Of a DNA stretch of 64,000 nucleotides, positions 1 to 13,319 are shown one piece after another. The translations under genes and the position numbers were made by a program. Position 1 is the stretch's first letter; each line of letters begins with the position of its first letter. This DNA is from Takakia lepidozioides (taxonomy: Eukaryota > Plantae > Bryophyta): the NCBI GenBank assembly GCA_030704615.1, contig CM060732.1, forward strand, positions 30,876,001 to 30,940,000, written 5' to 3'. The notes under the pieces are model-generated. The model made no database searches. It was not told where the DNA came from and saw only the letters and a list, made by a program, of their open reading frames with translations.

Positions 1-678
1 TGTGGTGGGGGCTGCGGCAACAATAGATGCAGGGGCTGAAGCACCCTTGAGTGCCTACCCAAGGCACTCAAGGAGGCGGAGGCGCTCACTAGGTAGAGCC
101 CCGCACACCGGGTTGCGGTGGGGGTGGTTCCACGAGGGGTGGTGGTAGCGTAGTGGGTCTTAGTGGGGGTGGCATAAGACTCACCGTGGGGCGGAGACCT
201 TGTGGTAGGAGTCGTAGGGAGTCTTGGGACTCATCACGGTCCAATGGGGACGTGGTGGGTGGGCCAAGACTCACCGCGACTCATCACCGGGAATCGAGGG
301 TCTTCGTGGTGGTTCGCCATAAAAGGATGGTGTTGTTTGTGGAACCCCAGCGGACAGTCACAGAAGTCTATATAAGGAGTAGTAACCCCGAAAACGGTGC
401 AAGCCCGTTGGTGACCAAAAACTAGTGAGTGAGCGAGCGAGCGAGCCGGAAAGCAACCAAGGAGTGAGGAGCTATTCCGGACTGCCATCTACCAAAGGGA
501 ATTTCCACTAGGCCCGAATTGATGGAGGGTCTGTTGGAGGAGCAAAGGGGGACCGTTATGCCCCGGTGAGCGGCTGAAGCTCCGAGTTGGTCCGGCGGCC
601 AGTTGGGGAGTTAGGTGCGCGCATCAAAACGAGTAACTATGACTTGAAGGGGAGCTTACCGAAGTGAGGTGCGCGACA
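1..678 (+). repeat. 5' LTR (3' part only)
   Basis: Aligns by eye to 6255-6929 with about 30 substitutions (mostly transitions) and small indels. Ends in CA just before the PBS. Confidence 0.93.
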
Positions 679-680
679 CT

Positions 681-692
681 TGGTATCAGATC
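681..692 (+). promoter_or_regulatory. Primer-binding site (tRNA-iMet type, TGGTATCAGA)
   Basis: TGGTATCAGATC starts 2 nt after the LTR end. Confidence 0.85.
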
Positions 693-733
693 TTAGAGTT
701 CAGTACGCGATCGTCCTTGAGATCGACCTCATC

Positions 734-3700
734 ATGGGGTCGGGCAAGCCAAAGCGAAAGCAAAACGGCCCGAAAGATGATGATCTTGGTGAGCCCGATA
801 GGGGCGACGTGTCACCGAAGCGGCAATTTGAGGAGGCGATTCATGCTTTTGAAAGCGAGGCCGCTCAAGAACGGGAGGAATCTGGGGAGTCGGAGCCCGA
901 GGACTCCCCGGAGGCTCCGACAGACCAACAGATGCCTCCCATGCCAGTAGCCTTTTGGGAAGGGTTATTGGTGCAGTTTGGCGGGACGTTGAAAGACGTG
1001 TTGAAGGCAGCTAATGCCACTTCCACTAAGGCAAAGTTTAAGGTGAAGCCTAAAGAACTCGGCACCTTCGAGGGCGTCCGAAATCGGAAGGCACTCAATA
1101 CCTAGCTCTTGGAGCTAGAGCAGTACTTCCTGGCGGCCAAGTTGAGTAACGAGGATCGGGTGGAAGTGACTCCCACCTATTTGAGGGGCTATGCTCAACA
1201 ATGGTGGCAGAAACGCCTTCACGACCAAGGTCCAAACCTGGAAACCTTGAACTGGAGTGGGTTCAAAGAACTTATGAAGAGACAGTTTGTGCCCCTCAAC
1301 GCGTCCTGGCTCGCCCGGGACAAGATGCGGAATTTGAAGCAAACGGATGACATTCGGGGATATGTTCAGGCTTTCAATGTGCTATTGCTCAAAGTCGCGG
1401 ACATGGAAGAACCAAAAATGGTCTTCAACTTTGTGGCGGGACTGGCCTCGTGGGCCAGGCGGAAGTTGGAGGAGAAGCCACCTAAGACTTTGAACGAGGC
1501 AATTGAGAAGGCTGAATGTTTCTCGGATGTCCCTAGGGGGGAAAGACAAGGCCGTACGGAGCTGAACCACAAGAAGACCCGGCGAGAGGGTGACTCCTTC
1601 CGACCGGAAAAGAAGTGGGATAGGCCACGCGGCGACAATGGCACGTGGAAATCGAAGGGAGGACCTTCACACGTCAAGGCGGCACCCGGTGCTCCGAAAA
1701 GAAAATCAGGTGCGGCGGCTTATGGCAGACAGAAGGCGACCTTCGATGGAGTATGCTTTAATTGCGGGGAGCCCGGGCATATGGCCAAGAAGTGCACAAA
1801 ACCCCGACAATTGAACACGACTTGGGCGGCCACGGAGCTGTCCGAAGATTCCAGTAGCCGCTTGGTGGAGGCGGTGGTCGCCAAGACTTGCAAGGTAGGC
1901 AACTACTCTTGTGAGTTGTATCAGGGAACTGGCGCCTTGCGTAAAGGGAGTCAGTTAATGTTTGTGAGTGGGATAATCTCCGGAACTAACGTATCGTTGT
2001 TGGTGGACACAGGAGCGTCGCACTCCTTCATGACACCGGCAACGGCATGGAAGCTGGGGCTCCCGACAAGTGATGTGGGGCCCTCCATTGAAGTGCGTTC
2101 TGCCAAAGGAGAACTATAATTGACGACGAGGTTGGCGTTCGATGTTCCTCTTCAGCTCGGGAGTTGGGAGGGACGTGAGAACTTCACCATTTGCGAGATC
2201 GATGGAGTGGATCTCATTTTGGGGATGACCTTTTTGAGCAAATCCGGAGCGGTCATAGATGGCTGCAAGAGAATAGTCGCGCTACCGTGTGGGAATGGTG
2301 GCGAAGTTTTAAGAGTGTCGGAAACGCCCAACCCAATGGGAAGACGAATAAACCTGCTGTCAGCAAAGAAGTGGGCCGTGGAGGAGCCACACGAGCCCCA
2401 GTTTTTGCTTTATGTAAGACAAGTGAAGGGAGAAGGCGATAGGGAGCCGAGCCCAGATTGGATCAAGGGGATTTTGGAGAAATACCAGGATGTGATGTCG
2501 GAGGATTTACCAAGTGGTTTGCCACCGCGAAGAGGAGTGCCACAAGATTGAGGTGATACCGGGATCGGAGCCGCCTGCCAAGGCGCCCTACCGGTTGAGC
2601 CACACAGAGTTGGTCGAGCTGAAGGCTCAGCTCAAGGATCTAATGTCAAAGGGGTACATCCGGCCGAGTAAGTCATCCTACGGAGCCCCGGTGCTATTCG
2701 CAGACAAGAAGGATGGGACGATGCGGATGTGTGTCGATTACAGGGCTCTGAATAAAGTGACTATCAGGAACCGGTACCCTTTGCCAAGGATCGACGACCT
2801 ATTCGATCGATTGGCAGGAGCGAAGTATTTCAGCCGGATCGATTTGCGCTCCGGATATCATCAGATCCGAGTGGCGGAAGGAGATGAGGAGAAAACCGCG
2901 TGCAGGACAAGATATGGTTCGTATGAGTTCTTGGTGATACCTTTTGGGCTCATCAACGCACCCGCGACCTTTAACACGCTAATGAACAGCCTTTTCCAGG
3001 AGTGGTTGGATGACTTTGTGATCGTATACATCGACGACATCCTGGTGTACTCGAAAACAAAGGAAAAGCACCTGGAGCACCTCAAAAGGGTGTTCCAGAA
3101 ATTGCGGGAAGGGAAGCTGAATGCCAAAGTTTAAAAGTGCGAATTCGGGGTCACAAAAGTGGAGTTCCTGGGGCATGTGATTACACAGGATGGGATCAAA
3201 ATGGATGACAGAAAGGTGAGGGCGATCTTGGACTGGGAGCCTCTGACTTCAGTCTCGGGAGTGCGATCTTTCCTAGGACTCGCCTCCTATTACCGGAAGT
3301 ATGTGAGAAATTTCGCCAAGATCGCGGGGCCGCTGTCAGACCTTTTGTGTAAATCCAAAGTCTGGGTATGGAACACATTTTGTTGCCAAGCTTTTTCCGA
3401 GTTGAAGCAGCGGATGGCGGAAGCTCCAGTCCTCAAAATCCCGGAGTTCGACCGTCCATTTGAGATTCATACGGATGCGTCGGACTTCGCAATAGGGGGT
3501 GTGCTCATGCAGGATGGACGTCCAGTGGCTTACGAAAGTAAGAAACTGAATGAAGTGGAGCGAAGGTAGCCTACGCACGAGAAAGAAATGAAGGCGGTGG
3601 TGCATTGCCTTGAGCTTTGGCGCCACTATGTTGGTTCCAACCCGGTAAAGGTGTTCACGGACAATGTCACGGTGAAGTATTTTGCCACACAGCCTAAGTT

Positions 3701-5271
3701 ATCCCCAAAACAACTTAGGTGCAAGACACTTTGGCGGTGTTCGACGTGGATATCCAATACAAACCGGGACGGGACAATGTGGTGGCCGATGCTTTAAGTA
3801 GAAAGCAGCAGCTCATGTTGGTGTACAAGGGCGAGACGGCGCTCCAAAGAAAGATCCGGAAGGCTTACCGGAAGGATGAGATGGCGAAGTCCGTGATGCC
3901 GGACTTGACGATGGGGGTTAAATCGCAGTTCCACTTGCACAATGGACTGCTTCGGTACAAGCAAAAGCGTCTCTACGTGCCGAAGGGAGGGATCCGAGAT
4001 AGTCTCTTGAGAGAATGCCACGATGGCCCGCTTGCGGGCCACGGCGGAGCCAAGCGCACCGCGGCACTCCTGAAGAAAGAGTATTTTTGGCCCAAACTGA
4101 GGGAGGAGGCTGAGGAGCCAAGGAGTATGTCAAGACATGCACCACATGCCAACAAAACCGGAGCGAGTACAAAAAGCAAGCGGGGCTGTTACAACCCTTA
4201 CCGATTCTAGAGGGGTTTTGGGAAAGTGTCTCGATGGATTCCATGACTGCTATGCCGCTGTCAAAAGGATTCGATGCAATCATGGTAGTGGTAGATAGGT
4301 TCAGTAAAATGGGCCATTTCATCCCCACCAAGGAGACGGCAACAGCGCAGGAGACGGGGCGACTTTACTTCGCCCACATCTTCAAGCATCATGGACTCCC
4401 GAAGGATATTGTCTCGGACCGCGATCCAAAGTTTACAAATAAATTTTGGAGGGCACTTTGGAAGAAAATGGGGACGAGGCTCAAGATGAGCACCGCCTTC
4501 CGACCTACGACGGACGGCCAAACGGAAAAGGTGAATTCCGTAGTGAAGCAGATCTTGCGGAATTACGTGTCGGCAGACCAATCGGACTGGGTGGAGCACT
4601 TGGAGAGTTCTGTTATAATAACACAAAACACTCCGCAACAGGAGTTTCCTCTTTCGTATTGGTCTATGGAAAAGCACCTCTGGTGCCGACAAGTTGGGCC
4701 GCCCAAGACGTTGAGGAACCGGCAGCAGCAGCGGTGCTGGAAGAACGCGAGCGTTTATTGAAGCTCGCAAAGTACAACATTGCCAAAGCTAGGAAACGGT
4801 ATGAATGGCAGGCGAATCGGAAGCGGAGGGAAGTTAAGTTTGAGGCAGGCACGGAGGTCTGGATGAACATCAAGAATTTCCGACTACCTCCGGAAGTGAG
4901 ATCGAAGTTTGTACCTCCGTATACGGGACCCTTTCACATCCGGAAGGTTATGAATGAGGATGTGTATGAATTGGAGCTGCCGGCAAATAGCAAGGTGCAC
5001 CTGGTATTCCACATCTCCCTTTTGAAGCCTTACTTCAAAGATGAAGCGCGTCCAAATCGGCAGCAAGTGTTGCGTCCGCCACCTATGCTGTTGGATCATG
5101 AAAATGAACCTGAGTATGAGGTGGAGGCAGTGCTTAAGTCGAGGAGGTTTCAAGAATCGAGAAACGGAGTATCTCATGAAATGGAAGGGCTATCATCATG
5201 TAGAGGCATCTTGGGTGCGTGCCTCAGAAATGGGAAACGCATCCGAGGCGGTTGCAGCTTTCGAAGGGTGA
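734..5271 (+). pseudogene. Disrupted gag-pol polyprotein with C-terminal chromodomain
   Basis: Zinc knuckle CFNCGEPGHMAKKC; protease LVDTGA; RT YIDD; RNase H TDAS...YES; integrase HDGPLAGH, VDRFSK, SDRD; chromodomain EYEVEAVL...EYLMKWKGY..EASW. Stops at 1103, 2117, 3132 and 3567, and several frameshifts (~2540, 3720, 4120, 4600, 5150). Confidence 0.93.
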
Positions 5272-5329
5272 CCTCAAAAGCGGAAGAAGCGTTGATGGGG
5301 ACATCAACCTTGGAGCGTAAGGGAAGAAA

Positions 5330-6929
5330 TGCATGCTTAGCCCGGCTTAGCTAGCTCAGGAATCCGATTGCAAAAACTTGTATTGTACAAATTTTGTTAT
5401 AAATGAAATGGTTTCCAAATGTTGTGCGTCCTATTTGGTTTGGAATGGTGATGCATGGTATGGTTGGCTAGTGTGTAGAATGCATGCTAGCTTACAAAAG
5501 TGGGAGAGGTAAATTGGGTTAATCGTGTGTTTGCGCAGTGCCAAAATTGGGTGACTCCCATCCAAGGGGCAAGGAAACTTGCGCCTTCCTTGGGAGTTCA
5601 CGTGCTAGTGCGCACCTGGCGCGTGCGCGTACTATAAATGTGCTACCAAGGGAGTTGTCTTGTAGTGCGGGCTAATGCGGAAGCTACGTGCTTCCGTTCA
5701 CGTACTATAATCGTGTAGTCTCGGGACGAGGACGTGGTGCGGCTTCGGCGTGTTCCCGTACCTCAGGCCAGCATTCCAAGGCGGACCCAATTGTAGTGAT
5801 TGGGGCGCATGGTTAGTTCAAGGTTATCTTCCTAGTCAAAAAGGGTTCAAGGTGAACCCTTGCTCAAGGTGATGCCAAAAGCGGCATCATGAGCAGTCGC
5901 AAGCAATGTTGTTGCAGTAAGGCGATTTGATCCTCGGGGAGGATCGTTCCTTGGCCTTGAAGTGGGCCAAGAAGTGTGCACTGGGAGGAGCTTGAGAGGC
6001 TCCACCCTGGTCCGGGACTTGGAGGAAGTCGGCCAAACTAGCTAATGAAGAGTAGAGTCAAGTAGGGGTTTGGTTCTTTGCTATGGGACGCCATGGTACG
6101 GAAACAAACTCCTTGATGTGGGATGCCACAACTTGGATGTTCGTTTCTACAAAATGGACAAGTCGATGAGGACATCGACTCCCTGTTGGTAGGGGTGTGT
6201 GTCGCGGCCCTTTGCCTTGAGGGCAGGGGGTCGGGACACAAGAGGGGCTGCCCCTGTGGATGGGGGCAGCGGCAACAATAGATGCGGGGGCTGAAGCACC
6301 CTTGAGTGCCTGCCCAAGGCAATCAAGGAGGCGGAGGCGCTCACTATGTAGAGCCCCGCACACCGGGTTGCGGTGGGGGTGGTTCCACGAGGGGTGGTGG
6401 TAGCGTAGTAGGTCTTAGTGGGGGTGACATATGACTCACCATGGGGCAGAGACCTTGTGGTGGGAGTTGTGGGGAGTCTTGGGACTCATCACGGTCCAAT
6501 GGGGCCATGATGGGTGGGCCAAGACTCACCGCGACTCATCACCGGGAATCGAGGGTCTTCGTGGTGGTTCGCCATAAAAGGATGGTGTTGTTTGTGGAAC
6601 CCCCGCGGACAGTCACAGAAGTATATATAGGGAGTAGTAACCCCGAGAACGGTGCAAGCCCGTTGGTGACCAAAAACTAGTGAGTGAGCGAGCGAGCCGG
6701 AAAGCGACCAAGGAGTGGGGAGCTATTCTGGACTGCCATCTACCAAAGGGAATTTCCACTAGGCCCAAATTGGTGGAGGGTCTGTTGGAGGAGCAAAGGG
6801 GGACCGTTATGCCCCGGTGAGCAGCCGAAGCTCCGAGTTGGCCCGACGGCCAGTTGGGGAGTTAGGCGCGCGCATCAAAGCGAGTAACTATGACTTGAAG
6901 GGGAGCTTACCGAAGTGAGGTGCGCGACA
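5330..6929 (+). repeat. 3' LTR (~1.6 kb)
   Basis: Starts TG after the PPT-like GTAAGGGAAGAAA and ends GCGCGACA. Its last ~675 bp match 1-678. The left boundary is inferred. Confidence 0.8.
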
Positions 6930-8309
6930 GTGGAGCTCATGTGAGTCGTTCATTTTTGCTTCTCAATTATCCGTTCCCATGCCCAACTGCCGCTCATGTG
7001 GTAGCATAACATTGGCCTACTCTCCATAGCATCACTATGCTACAATCCTAGCCACGGACTTCCATGTCACTCAAGCTCACTGCCGCTCGTGTGGTAAGGC
7101 CCTCAACTAGGCACAATATGCATGAAAAAATGTCACGTGTTCTCTCATAAGAAGGTATACCCATGAAGGGTTATATCCATGTCCATAGAAAATGTTCGAG
7201 AGTAATGTCCATAACTCTCCAAGGGTCATGTCCATGACCTTCAAAAATGTCAAGAGTCAGGTAGACGACTCTCCACGAATCATATCCATGACAATCGAAA
7301 ATGTTCAAGAGTAAGGCCCATTACTTTCATAAAGCCTATTAAGCTATACACGTGGCAATCTTTAATTCGTACAAGTGGTCATGTGTGGCGTGCGTACATT
7401 CCTATATTTGTCATCATTTCAACACAAGCTTCCTTCTCCCTCAATGCCTCCACTCACAAGCTATGGAACTAGCTCCAAGGAAATCCTAGAATGCAATGCA
7501 AATGAGATAGTACCTAAAAAGAATATAGAGAGACAAAGTAGCTCGACGACTTCAAGTCACACATCACACGACAAGCAACGGAAACGAGGGACAGTGAGAG
7601 AGAAGGAGGAATGCGGGAAGCACAAGTGAAACCACAGGAAGCAGCACCCACCGACCCCCGGCTGCTTCGATCGAAGGATCTTGCCCTAAACCTAACAGCT
7701 GCCTAATCTGCTTTGCACACCTACTCCTGACATCGAGCGCAATTATTATTATTTAAATTGAAGCAGATCTCACATAATTACATAAGCCGAAAGTTGGCTG
7801 GAGGCCCATTTCAGGCCGTGCGGGCGCTTAGGGGTTAATTTATATATCTACGGTTCATGTTTGCGGGTTTTTTGGGGCCCTACGTGTGCAAAGCCCACTC
7901 CAGTAGGTACTAACTTAGTAAGTCATACTAACATAGTAGTAAATAATTAGTACTAAATAAGTAGTAAGAGGCAGTGGAAGAGAGCACATTTCTCCTTTAT
8001 ATACCCTCTGAGGGCGGCGCCCAGACCCCTCTCAAGTGGTGGGATCATTCTAGAAGGTTGCCCCAACCGTAGCAACCACCACGTGATGCTGCTTACCCTA
8101 ATTTGGCACCCGACCATCCCCCATTTAATAGCTGTCGTCTTCCTAGTGTCTTTTTCCTTACCCCCTTATAGCATGCGCTCTATCTGGCGCGCTATCATCA
8201 ACATAGCGTGGCCGCCGAGATCGCGCATCCCCAGCTGCACCTTCACGTGCTTCAAAATGGTGAGCCTCACCAAAAATCGTCGCAATCCCGCGCTATCTTC
8301 CTTCCCTTC

Positions 8310-8890
8310 AGTGTGCGTGACTTGCAAACGAGGCAAGTGCAACCTCTAACCTATATCTTGGAGAATGTTCCTCTTATGGGGGACTTTCAGGCCAGGGTTA
8401 TGACCAGTGTGTATCAGGTGCGGTCTTGGATTGGATCGGCGGTGCTATTGGATGCAGCAGCAGTGGGATCACGAGCGCATCGACCTAGGTTGTGGTGGAC
8501 CAATCTTGCACCACCAGAGTTGCTCAAGAGAGCATATGGTTCCATTCAACGGCCACCCAATCTCACGGTTGAGGGCATTTTGGACCAAGGGAGGCAACCA
8601 TAAATGGTGCGACATGATGACCGTCCACCTTTGGTGGTGGTCCATTGAGTAGGGCAGCCACGTGCGGCCTTGCCTACACTCATGAGCTTTCCCTCGTCTC
8701 ATGCTTTTTGAGACAATGGTCTAGGGTTGATTTGAGACAGTGCACTACAGCAATTGGTGGAGCCCAATGCGGATGAACGAGAACAGACAATGGGATTTGC
8801 CACCGGCACTACAGATGTGTCAGCTCTGTCAGAGACATCACGCCGCCAGTGTGTTGGGTCAAGCAACGGATCTAAATTGCTTGACATGGG
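8310..8890 (+). pseudogene. C5-cytosine DNA methyltransferase domain (DNMT3-like), C-terminal half, degenerate
   Basis: Reading through stops gives YILENV (motif VI, 8361), LDAAAVGSRAHRPRLWWTN (VIII, 8451-8504), EPNADEREQTMGF..GTT (IX, ~8760) and RRQ-VLGQATD (X, ~8841). These are in the correct order. Confidence 0.75.
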
Positions 8891-9399
8891 TCATTGGCTT
8901 GTGCATGGCTGAGCAACGGAGATTGCAAACATTGATGGCTACTTCTGCACTCCCATTAGATAGTGCATCATTCCTGCCAACCGGGACGGTTGAGGCAGTG
9001 AGTGGGGGCGAGCACAGGATCGTGGGTTGCAAACATCCATGGCAAATGTGGGATGAGATGCGTAAAGAGAGAGTCATTGGATCTCTCAAGCAGCAGTATG
9101 AGGAGTGGGGAGAGCCATGGACTGAAGATCAGTTGGAGGCCAAGATGACGAAGGTTTTTGAAGAGGTTGAGAATGTTTCTTGCTCAGAGGATGTTCTCAA
9201 GGTGGCTATGCTGGAGCAAGTGGAGGCTACGCCATAGTCAGATTGGGCGGACAAAGCCCAAGAGATTGTTATCTAGTAATCAAATGATATGTCTCCTACC
9301 TCCAAGCCTGGTGTACCCAAGGTTGCAGTCACTGAGGACAACTGGGAACTAGATGTTCGACCTACAGTCACCGGAGGAAAGAGACGAAAGATCCAGCGA

Positions 9400-11911
9400 T
9401 TTCTAAGGGCTTATAGAAATTGCTTTGCCTTCGGTTTGAAGGATTTGGGGAGTTTGAAGGACCAGGAGATTCTCGCGGGGCTAGAGTTTGCCCGGTGCTA
9501 TATCGATGACATCATCATTTTTAGTGCTACGGTTCAGGAGCATGAGAAACACCTTCAGACGGTGTTTGAATGCTTAAGAGTGCATGGGTTGAAATTGCAC
9601 CCTGGGAAGTGTAAGTTCTTTCATAACCAAATTGAATATCTGGGCCACATGATATACCCTGGAGGATTGGGTGTTCAAAAGACGAAGGTGGAGGCCATTG
9701 CATGCATTCCACGCCCCATAGATGCTAGCAGAGTTCGTGCTTTCATGGGGTTGGCAAACTACTATCGATGGTTTGTCAAGGGATTTAGTAGCATTGCAAA
9801 GGCTCTTCCCAAGTTGATCAAGGTAGGTCAGGAGTGGCAGTGGGAGCAGGAGTAGGAGGAAGCCTTTGAGGAACTCAAGACTCGATTGACTTCTACACCT
9901 ATTCTGAGGCGGCCTATTCGGGGGCGGCCTTTCCAGCTACATACGGATTGGAGTATGCTGGGGATTGGAGCAGTGCTTACATAGGTGGATGACGAGGGAA
10001 GAGAGTTCGTAGTGGCATATGCCAGCCGCTCGAACAATGATGCCGAGACGAAGTATAGCTCATATGAAGGGGAGTGTCTAGCTGCGGTATGGGCAGTGAC
10101 ACATTTCAGATGCTATCTCTATGACAACCTCTTCACCTTTGTCACGGATCACCAACCATTGAAGTGGTTGATAGAGTCAGACAAGCTTATAGATAAGTTT
10201 GCACAATGGGCACTTATACTTCAAGAGTACGATTTCCAAGTGGTGCATCGAGCCGGTATAGTCAATCAGGATGCAGATGGGTTGAGTCGTTATCCATGCA
10301 CGAGCGAGCATGATGATACTGGAGCTCAGTGGCATGGTGAGACGGATGAGGAGATGGTGCCAAGATGACATGCATCGGTCTTTTTGTGCATTCTAGCAAT
10401 GGGAGCTCAAGCTGGTCCTCATGTAGATAGCGTGCATGACGATCCAGAGACTAGTAAGGAGTTTAGTGGTGCTAAGGATATGCATGAAGATGCAGCAGTG
10501 TTGGCATACCTTCGTACCGGAGAGACAGCAGCCAGTGTGACTGCTAAGGAGAGAGATCGGGTCCTTCAACGAGCCAAGAGGTTCAAGTGGGAGAGGACTC
10601 ACCTACTCCGGGTATGGGAGGATGGACGAGTGAGGATTGTGTCTCATCCAATACAACGAGCGCGATTGGTACGCCATGCCCATGAGGAGTTGGGACATTT
10701 TGGGGTGTGGCGCACTCATAGTTTGCTCCAAGGGCAGTATTGGTGGCGGGGCATGCACACGGATGTCCAACAGTTAGCGGCAAGGTGCATAGTGTGTGAT
10801 AGAGTGCGGGCTTCTTTCAATGCCTCTACTCCACAATTGCATCATTTACCCATTATGGGTTTGGGCTATCGTTGGAGTCTTGACTTCGCAGGCCCATTGC
10901 CATTGACGATTCGCCATAACAAGTATGTGCTGGTGATAGTGGAACATTTCTCCAAGTGGATTGAACTGGTGGCATTGCCTGACAAGGCAAGTGAGGGGGC
11001 TGCGTATGCATTCTTAGATCGAGTGCTTAGCCAATTTGGTGCTCCAGCCGAGGTACTCACGGACCAGGGGAGAGAATTCTTGGGGGAGTTTCAAGCTTTG
11101 TGTGAGCAAGCCTCGATAGACCACCGCACTACTTCTCGGGATCATCCCGAGGCTGATGGCTTGGCGGAGAGAGTTGTTCAGACAGTCAAGAAAGGTTTGC
11201 GCAAGTACGGTTTGCAGAAGGGACACCTAGGAGATTGGGACCTTCAGCTATCTTGGCTAGCTATGGGCTATAGGTTCAGCAAACAAGCTTCACTTGCCTC
11301 CTTCTCACCTTACTTTTTTCTCTTCAGCCGAGAGCCGGATTTGCCTGCATCTATTTCATGGAGGCTGCAATAGTTCTCAACCTGATGATCCGGATGTGTG
11401 GACACAAGCATGTGCCCAGTGGGCAGAGTTGTTCAAGAGAGTCATGCCTATGGCTTTTGAGAACCTTGCTGTTGCCCAACACTGAGACACATTGAGGTAC
11501 GTCACTATACGTGGAGGGGGATATCGGCCAAGTGTTCGGCGTTTCCACCCTGGGGATTATGTGTATCTGCAGCAGACAGCACCTACGACCTTGGATGTCA
11601 CAGCAGGACGTGTGATTCTAAGGGTCAGGGAGGTGTTACCTTCAGGAGTATTGATTCTGGAGGGTCGAGATGGCATGGTATGGAAAGGCCATGTGCGCAA
11701 TTGTGCACCATTTGACCTTCCACATGTGGATGGGAGGATAGATCCCAACCTTGCAGTGGTACCTGCAGGGTTGCGTTACATGTTATGTGGGCATGTTGGT
11801 GGTGCCGCAACCATGTTGGTGTGTGACAAATGCTCAAGGGGGTGGCACATGGGATGCTTGACACCGCCACTTGAGGAGGTTCCTAGTGGAGAATGGTTGT
11901 GCCCATGATGC
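9400..11911 (+). pseudogene. RT (internally deleted), RNase H, integrase and PHD finger of a Gypsy pol
   Basis: Most of RT is missing (LKDQEI joined to LAGLEFARCYIDD). RNase H and integrase are recognisable. C-terminal LC..GGAATMLVCDKCSRGWHMGCLTPPLEEVPSGEWLCP*C fits a PHD finger. Confidence 0.88.
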
Positions 11912-13024
11912 CTTGGCCATAGGTAATGGGCATGACAATGGTGTAGTTGACAAGTGATCCAAGGTCTAGCTGGTGGGAACTCAACACCATGGATACTCAA
12001 TTGATCCTGGATTGCAAGCAGACGACTAACGATGGGGCTCTCTTTGCACCTGGCCTCTTGATCCATAGACTTTAGATACTCGGACATGTGCGGTTGAAGA
12101 CCAAGCGATGATCTTATTGAGATGGATACTTGTCAGCTATCCAGTGTTAGATGGACCTAATCACCAGCTAGGGGGGCGATTGTGGCATAGCTTTCTAGGA
12201 TTGTGTGCTTAGAATGTATAGTGGACAGTGATGTATGTTGTGGCACGATGCTTAGGTGCACGACAGCTGTCATGGTTTTAGTCATGGTTAACTATAATTA
12301 CCTACTTCTAGTTAACAAGGACATTTTGGATATTTATATTTGTATTTTGTGTGTTGGGACTTCATTTGGTCTCACATGCCAAGTGAGGTATCAAACCTCA
12401 CTTGGGACATGGGGATGGGTTTTCCCCTTGTGAGTGTTGAGGAGGGCTCATCTTCTTGTAGTTGAGCCTCCATGAGCCTCTCTCACCTCCATAGCTCTAG
12501 GTATTGAGAGGGAGTGTGTTGAGGGCTTTGTAAGGTGGATTCCCTTAGCAAGGGTGCCCTTGGCTTGACTTAGTTTATGTGATTGAGTGGATTCAAGAGT
12601 GGAGTGTTTCCATTGTGTTCATTTTCATTATCGATTGTGGTATAGCTTTCTAGGATTGTGTGCTTAGAATGTTTCGTGGACAGTGATATATGTTGTGGCA
12701 CGATGCTTAGGTGCATGACAGTGAAAGTAACAAGTTACTGATGGAGGATCGGCATTAATGCACCCCCTAAGATCTATCTATGGAACTGAAGTATGGTTGC
12801 CGAGGAAGAGGGCCTGACATGCATATGCTTCCAATTAAACCTCCGATCTTTCGAACTTAGGAGGTAGGATCTGTGTAATCTGTCCGCCCAAACATAGCAG
12901 AGATCATTAGTGCAGCTACAAATGAGGCCGTGCTTTGCCCATGTTGCTCACAATGTTGAGAGGTGGGTCGGCTGGTGCTGTGATTTCTTTGCAGCCTCTG
13001 CACATAATAATACCCATGCGCATT

Positions 13025-13315
13025 AATATTATTTCATAAATTTGTATATGAATGTTGTGTTGTTTCTTTTCAACATGGTCAATATATTTGATATAACTAA
13101 TGGGGATTCACAAATCATTTTCAGATTTATAAAAAAAACAATCAAAATTTTAATATATATTTTTAAATTCAAAAAATAGAGAACGGAACCGGAAACTGAA
13201 ACCGGCGGTTCCTTCCCAAAAAAATCCGAAACCGGAACCAGAATCTGCTCATGAATTTTGGAACCGGAACCGGAACGGGCGGTTCCTTCAATATGGCAAG
13301 ATCCGCACAACACTG
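13025..13315. mobile_element. Non-autonomous hAT-like DNA transposon end
   Basis: AT-rich stretch, clustered GAACCG/CGGTTC subterminal repeats and terminal CAACACTG. A similar end (GAACCGCCGGTTCAACACTG) occurs at ~16670-16706. Confidence 0.5.
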
Positions 13316-13319
13316 CAAA

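Larger units (their letters stand above)
1..6929 (+). mobile_element. Ty3/Gypsy chromovirus LTR retrotransposon, decayed; 5' LTR truncated by the window edge
   Basis: Positions 1-678 repeat at ~6255-6929, both ending ...GCGCGACA. tRNA-Met PBS follows the first copy. Domain order is gag-PR-RT-RH-IN-chromodomain. A purine-rich tract precedes 5330. Confidence 0.95.
8310..12265 (+). mobile_element. Decayed Ty3/Gypsy-like element with DNA methyltransferase and PHD domains
   Basis: One strand carries DNMT motifs, RT remnant (CYIDD), RNase H (TDWS..YASR), integrase (HEELGH..CIVC, LDF, TDQG) and PHD. Then PPT AGGGGGGCGA (~12170) and a TG-starting LTR-like sequence. Confidence 0.85.

Noticed and set aside
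2500-2560. Programmed ribosomal frameshift in the chromovirus pol
   Set aside because: No slippery heptamer. The element has many random indels and stops.
12720-13025. DNMT catalytic motif IV (minus-strand 'AYACQAL')
   Set aside because: Too short and divergent from the G.PCQ consensus to support.
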